This document shows, in pieces, positions 15,405-20,000 of a stretch of 20,000 bases of DNA (its first letter is position 1; each line of letters begins with the position of its first letter). The stretch lies in IMG/VR virus record IMGVR_UViG_3300001041_000018. One strand, written 5' to 3'. Source of the DNA: an uncultured virus (IMG/VR IMGVR_UViG_3300001041_000018) (Duplodnaviria; Heunggongvirae; Uroviricota; Caudoviricetes). The notes beneath the pieces are model-generated. The model made no database searches. It was not told where the DNA came from and saw only the letters and a program-made list of their open reading frames with translations. Made by a program: the position numbers and the translations under genes.

Positions 15405-18400
15405 TTATATTGCTAGCTTCATTGTTCTGTGTATGGTGCCTTTTTTGTTGATGTCAAAACTAACGATGTTGATAACCTGATTTGCATCCACTGGCTGCTG
15501 CGGGATGCTATTTACGTCAGCTACGTTGATCAAAGTTAAATTGACTGGGATTTCTCCTGAACTACCTTTGCCTCTGCTGGTTCCGCCTACCAAACCCCCT
15601 TCTGCAAATTTCTGTGCTCGGAGGTTTTCAAGGAATCCGATACCCACCTTCCGGGTTACTGACGCCGGTAAAATAAATTCACCTGGCTGCAGAAGTGCAT
15701 GAACACTGTCTTTGTTGGGGTCAGCCCCAGGCATCATCGGGACTAATCCACCTGACGCAAAGGCCATCAAGGGGTTCTTGCCAATCCTGTTGGTGCCTAC
15801 CAAACCGCCTGTGGCTCCTGTAGCAGCCAGGCCTGTGGCAATATCCTGCCCACCTACGTTTTCGATAGCGGGGATAGTTCCCTCACCGCCCGACCCTGCG
15901 GCGACACCCGCGATCTTCTTAACCAAAGCCACAACCATCAGCTTGATTATGTATTCTTGCAGCGTCTTCAGGATCAGCTTCATGGTCTCAGCAAGCCCAT
16001 CTTTAAAACGAGACCAAGCATTGCCCTGCTTATCTAACAACTTTTCCTGCTCTCTTAAAGAAGCATTAACCGCCTCCAATCCAGACGCCTGCTCATTCAA
16101 CGCGGACTTGTCGGCGCCGGTCATGAACTCGCCTTTCGACGTGATCGAACTAATTGAGGCCTGGATCTGTGCCTTCTGAACATTCAACTCGTTGATCTTG
16201 GACTTGATGCTGTCAATGGCATCTTGATCGGGCAGCGTGAAGGTGGAGAGGGTGTTGCTGAGGGTGCCTGTGATTCCGTTGAATGCTGAGTTGGTGATGT
16301 CGGAGCCGAACCGCTCACTAAGCGCCCCAGTGTCTGTCTGCTCCCGAAACGCGCCACGAACACCCTGACTGAAGCGAATGGAATCTGTAAGGGAAGCTAT
16401 CCGCTTCAGTTCCTCGCGCTGCTCTGCGAGTAGTGCGTTCTGTGCCTCCATCGCCACTATGTTGTTATCATGTAATGCCGTGTACTTCTCGAACTCAGCG
16501 CGGGTTGCTTCCGTGCGCTCCGTCTTCTTCATCCAAAGCTGGATTTCCTCGTTGTCTTTTGTGAGGTTGTGTGTCTTCATCTCCCCCATTTTAATTGTTT
16601 CACTTAGTAACTCTTGGTCGAGTTTATTTACCTCTTCTGCTGTCCACGCCTCTTCCTTCCGCAATGTAATCCGCTGCTGCACGGACTTCATTGTCATCAT
16701 GTCCTGCTTTTCAAGCCGTGTTGCAATCAGGTTGGGCGATTTAGGACCATGCCCATCCTTCTTGGCTTCAGCCATCTTAGCAATCTCAGCCTGCTCTTTA
16801 ATTTTTCTGGCCTGATCTGCTTTCTCTTGTTCTTTCTGTGTCATTTCTACTTCAGCAAGACCCAACTTAACTTGGGCAGGAGTGACTTTTTTCTTGTTGT
16901 AACCTGTGATGCCGTAGGACCCGTCTGCATTCAACTGAGCAGAACCACCGAAGTCGCCCGCGAGTTGCGCGAATGCTGCTGCCCTCTCCGCTTTCCTCCG
17001 GGCAGCATATTCCTCATCAAGCTGTTTCTCTACTGCAAGCTTTTTATCTTTGGTTTCGTCACCAGCCTTTTGTAGCGCTTGGAGTTCCGCCTCACCGGTC
17101 AAACGTGCTTGATGAAGAGCTTCCTGCTTGAGTTCCTCGCGATTTTTCTCTTCCCTGTTTTTGACCCGTTTGAGAATGTCAACGCCACTTTCTTCCGCTG
17201 CGTGTGAAGGAGGTGGTTTATCAGGCTTCTCCGGTTTGGGCTTGTCAAAAATTGGGAAGACCTGTCCTAATTCGTCGGACGCGTAGGGCATTTGAACAGG
17301 CTTCAGAGTTTCAGTGCGTAAAAGATTCAACTCACCAATACTTTTCTTCATCCTGTCAACGTCACGCTGAATGTCGTCTTTAGTCCTGCCTGGATTATAC
17401 GCACCAGAATTCTTTGATTTGACCAACTCCTGCTCATATAAAGCAAGAACCGATTGAGAGGAGGAAATATCGCGGCGGATGCTGTTTGCCTTATTCAGGC
17501 GCGAGATATCATCAGCCTGGCTTTCCTTGTTGATCCGAACTTTAATGTTGTAGAGTTCCGTAAGACTAATTTTTTCTTTGTTCAGAAGTTCTAAGTACTC
17601 CGGATGCTTCTCTGCAAATTTAGTAATTTCAGTCCTAAGTTCAGCACTGAGCTTGATGGATTGGCCCTTGAGCTTGGCTATTTTGGGCAAGGCGAGTTCG
17701 CCTTCTTCCCGATAAAGCTTAGCTGCCTCCTTCATCGACTCATTATGGGACGAGTTTTCAGTCGCAGCGCGGTTCAGGAGCTTTACATACTCGCCAGTGA
17801 TGGTCCTCTTTTTGGTCAAGGCTTCGTTGCTCGCCTTAATTGCATCTTCCTCTTTGTGGAGGTAGTCGCCTAGCTTACCTATAGCAAAGCCAAGCAAAAC
17901 CACCGCTCCTAGCAACTGGCCTATCCCTGTTGCACTAGCAGCGATGCCCAGAAGAACTAGACTCCCTGACAGTGCTTTCACAGCCAAAACAATCCCACCA
18001 ATTGCAGCAGCAACCAACAGGAGTTGTCCTGGTGCGGAAGCGAGCCCCCTGACGAACGAAGTAATTCCTTCGGTGAGCATAGATAAGGCACCACCCAACC
18101 CACCCTGGCCTAAAGTCACCACCGTGCTCGCGAAGGTCTGCTTGATCACGTTGAGGCGGGCCTGGGCACCCTGCATGGATTTGTCGAAGGCGATCATTGT
18201 CGCGTTGGTGCCTGTGACGTTCTCGGTCATCAGGCGGAACGCATCTCCTCCGAGGGTCATGGAGGTGATCATCGCACGGCCCACACGAGTGTCCATCGCA
18301 GCCATCAGGTCCTGCACCCTGACGTTGTGATTCCGGAACACGTCGGCTACTTCGTCCAAGGTGTGCTTGGTCGTGTCGATGGACTCTTCATCGATCCCAT

Positions 18401-19667
18401 AAACTTCGAGAAGCTTCTTGAGGCGAGGCTTAGGAGCCGCCAAATCCTTTATCAACTGAGACAAGCCCGTACCGATTGTAGAGGGCTCGATGCCTGCCTG
18501 GGCTTGGGTCGCAATCATCCCAAGGGTCTGCTCCATCGACATGCCCATCTGCGCGGCTTGCGGAGCCAGGTAGTTGAAAGCCGTAGCCAAACCTTCCGTT
18601 GAAAGTTTGGATTCGTTCAGGGCAGCGGTCATTGCATTCGTGATTCTTGCTACATTTTCCGCTGCGATGCCATACACGTTCATCGCGGTGGTGGTGAGAT
18701 CTGCAGAAACAGCAGGGCTGGAGCCTGTGGCTGTAGCGAACATACCAACCGCTTCAGACACGGCAGGCAACTGCTCCATCTTCACGCCCGCCTGAGCGAG
18801 AACCTTCATGAGTCCGGATACTTCATCCGCTGTGAACCTGGAGTTCTTGGCGATCTTCAAGATGGCATCACTGAACACGTTCACACTGTCTACAGGAGCC
18901 CCCGAAATAGCCGCGATGTCGTACATCGCCTGATTCAAGGAGATCGCGGAACGCGTGGCTTCCTGAAGCTGGTTCGTAACTGCGAACATCGCTCCTCGGA
19001 TGGAGTAGAACTCCGCGATCCGAGCAGTTAGTTTACCGAGTGCGCCATTCAGCACATTTACGTGCTTCGGGCTTTGGCTGAGCGCTGCGTTCATCTTTGT
19101 AGCTTCTGCCCGAATATGGGCAAGGGCTTCAGGGTTCAGATTCTGAGCCTGCACAGAGGACCTAACGAAACCGCCCTGTACCCCTTGGTACTTAGCGCCT
19201 TGAGTCCTGGCTGCTGCATTCCAAGCTAACTGCTGCTGAGAGGACTGAGCCTGTATCTGCTGCACAGCCCTTTTACGTTCTTCAAGCTCCTGCTGAGTCT
19301 GCCTGCGGATCAGGACCATCCGCTCATTGCCTGCGGTTTCAAGGTCCTTATTGCGCTGCCTGATCATCGCTTTTTCGGCATTCAGGACTTTCTCAGTTCC
19401 TTCTCCAAACTTACCTAAGTTCTTGAAGAACTTCTCGAACGAGGAAGAGTCCTCAAAAGCCTTCATCAAAGATTTGACCTTTTCCGGAGCTAAGCCCGTA
19501 GCCTTACCCAAAGCCTCAATCCGAGCAGTCAACTTCTCCAAGCTCTTCTGAGCAGCGTCTGGCGACTGACCAAGCTTCGCCAACAAGCCATTCAGCCGGT
19601 CGATCTGCTCCTTGGCCTTACCCAAATCTATATTTATCTCAATTCCCAGTTTCTCATTCTGCGACAT
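15405..19667 (-). CDS. Phage tail tape measure protein (1420 aa)
   Basis: GGAGAG RBS. Helical Ala/Lys/Glu-rich sequence with a TP901-type core (LAQAG...FATATG...LAPQAAQMGMSMEQ), a hydrophobic central segment, coiled coils, and C-terminal FASGG..DSVHALLQPGEFI motif. Confidence 0.95.
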   Translation of the reverse strand: MSQNEKLGIEINIDLGKAKEQIDRLNGLLAKLGQSPDAAQKSLEKLTARIEALGKATGLAPEKVKSLMKAFEDSSSFEKFFKNLGKFGEGTEKVLNAEKAMIRQRNKDLETAGNERMVLIRRQTQQELEERKRAVQQIQAQSSQQQLAWNAAARTQGAKYQGVQGGFVRSSVQAQNLNPEALAHIRAEATKMNAALSQSPKHVNVLNGALGKLTARIAEFYSIRGAMFAVTNQLQEATRSAISLNQAMYDIAAISGAPVDSVNVFSDAILKIAKNSRFTADEVSGLMKVLAQAGVKMEQLPAVSEAVGMFATATGSSPAVSADLTTTAMNVYGIAAENVARITNAMTAALNESKLSTEGLATAFNYLAPQAAQMGMSMEQTLGMIATQAQAGIEPSTIGTGLSQLIKDLAAPKPRLKKLLEVYGIDEESIDTTKHTLDEVADVFRNHNVRVQDLMAAMDTRVGRAMITSMTLGGDAFRLMTENVTGTNATMIAFDKSMQGAQARLNVIKQTFASTVVTLGQGGLGGALSMLTEGITSFVRGLASAPGQLLLVAAAIGGIVLAVKALSGSLVLLGIAASATGIGQLLGAVVLLGFAIGKLGDYLHKEEDAIKASNEALTKKRTITGEYVKLLNRAATENSSHNESMKEAAKLYREEGELALPKIAKLKGQSIKLSAELRTEITKFAEKHPEYLELLNKEKISLTELYNIKVRINKESQADDISRLNKANSIRRDISSSQSVLALYEQELVKSKNSGAYNPGRTKDDIQRDVDRMKKSIGELNLLRTETLKPVQMPYASDELGQVFPIFDKPKPEKPDKPPPSHAAEESGVDILKRVKNREEKNREELKQEALHQARLTGEAELQALQKAGDETKDKKLAVEKQLDEEYAARRKAERAAAFAQLAGDFGGSAQLNADGSYGITGYNKKKVTPAQVKLGLAEVEMTQKEQEKADQARKIKEQAEIAKMAEAKKDGHGPKSPNLIATRLEKQDMMTMKSVQQRITLRKEEAWTAEEVNKLDQELLSETIKMGEMKTHNLTKDNEEIQLWMKKTERTEATRAEFEKYTALHDNNIVAMEAQNALLAEQREELKRIASLTDSIRFSQGVRGAFREQTDTGALSERFGSDITNSAFNGITGTLSNTLSTFTLPDQDAIDSIKSKINELNVQKAQIQASISSITSKGEFMTGADKSALNEQASGLEAVNASLREQEKLLDKQGNAWSRFKDGLAETMKLILKTLQEYIIKLMVVALVKKIAGVAAGSGGEGTIPAIENVGGQDIATGLAATGATGGLVGTNRIGKNPLMAFASGGLVPMMPGADPNKDSVHALLQPGEFILPASVTRKVGIGFLENLRAQKFAEGGLVGGTSRGKGSSGEIPVNLTLINVADVNSIPQQPVDANQVINIVSFDINKKGTIHRTMKLAI

Positions 19668-19681
19668 AAATGCTCTCCATA

Positions 19682-19733
19682 CGGAAATAGCGGGTTAAAC
19701 TTGAGGCTTAACCCAGTTCAACCCGCTATTCCG
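19682..19733 (-). promoter_or_regulatory. Long intergenic stem-loop immediately upstream of the tape measure RBS
   Basis: Minus strand CGGAATAGCGGGTTGAACT pairs with AGTTTAACCCGCTATTTCCG (19 bp, one G-U, one bulge). No U-tract follows. Confidence 0.8.
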
Positions 19734-19739
19734 ATTGCT

Positions 19740-20000
19740 TTATTTTCCGTACAGACGCTCGAACTCAGCATCACCCAAAATCTCACGCCAATCTTGCTCT
19801 TGTTCAGGCGTCATCTCATCCAACCCATCTCCCCCATCCAACCCGTATTCTCCCTCCCCTTTTTTCTTGCCTCCCAAAGCTGCACTCGCGAGGTCAATCA
19901 GGAACTCGTAATCGAGCTTTCTTTTGGAAGCCCAATCCTTCGTCTTGACTTGGTAAAGTCGTTTGATTTCGTCCCAGGAGTAATTCCACTTGTAGTAGAT
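19740..20000 (-). CDS. 3' end of a probable tail assembly chaperone (5' end beyond the window)
   Basis: Hand translation is open from 20000: IYYKWNYSWDEIKRLY...WREILGDAEFERLYGK*. Function inferred from its position just before the tape measure gene. Confidence 0.65.
   Translation of the reverse strand: MYYKWNYSWDEIKRLYQVKTKDWASKRKLDYEFLIDLASAALGGKKKGEGEYGLDGGDGLDEMTPEQEQDWREILGDAEFERLYGK

Larger units (their letters stand above)
1..20000 (-). mobile_element. Phage/prophage tail morphogenesis module (siphovirus-type, lambda/T5-like tail tip)
   Basis: Tightly packed co-oriented genes with overlapping stop/start codons. Order is tape measure, distal tail, JAB, gpL-like, NlpC/P60, gpI/J-like, fibres. 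No host genes in the window. Confidence 0.96.

Noticed and set aside
15505..19551. Many + strand ORFs opposite the tape measure gene
   Set aside because: Antisense shadows without independent expression signals.
19859..19865. AAAAAAG slippery-like heptamer (minus strand) in the putative tail chaperone
   Set aside because: Out of phase for a -1 shift from the open frame (AAG AAA AAA GGG). The frame where it is in phase has an upstream TGA. Any G/GT frameshift site would lie beyond the window.
1..20000. Alternative genetic code (stop-codon reassignment)
   Set aside because: TAA, TGA and TAG all end genes at sensible boundaries, and coding density is near complete with the standard code.
1..20000. 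CRISPR array, tRNA or intron
   Set aside because: All long repeats are intragenic and codon-phased, and intergenic gaps are too short (about 110 nt or less) and show no such structures.

Overview
The whole window is the tail-morphogenesis region of a long-tailed (siphovirus-type, lambda/T5-like tail tip) phage or prophage, almost entirely on the minus strand. In transcription order: the 3' end of a probable tail assembly chaperone, a long hairpin, tape measure protein (1420 aa), a free-standing HNH endonuclease, distal tail/gpM-like protein, a stand-alone JAB/MPN protease, a gpL-like Fe-S tail tip protein with a ~99-aa segment, a stand-alone NlpC/P60, a gpI(ubiquitin-like)-gpJ fusion (1223 aa), a separate FN3/beta-helix central fibre (1079 aa), then an oppositely oriented lipoprotein with its own sigma70 promoter, a side tail fibre, four small ORFs, a Gly-rich repeat/FN3 protein, and a sialidase-like Asp-box beta-propeller running off the left edge. 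Three genes missing from the ORF track were translated by hand. No host, integrase, tRNA or CRISPR features are seen, so lifestyle and host cannot be assigned. The most notable points are the Ubl-GG leader fused to the hub next to an intact JAB protease, the antisense lipoprotein (possible receptor blocker), the domain insertions in gpL and gpJ, and the putative virion-associated sialidase-like protein. All family calls come from motif recognition, not database searches.
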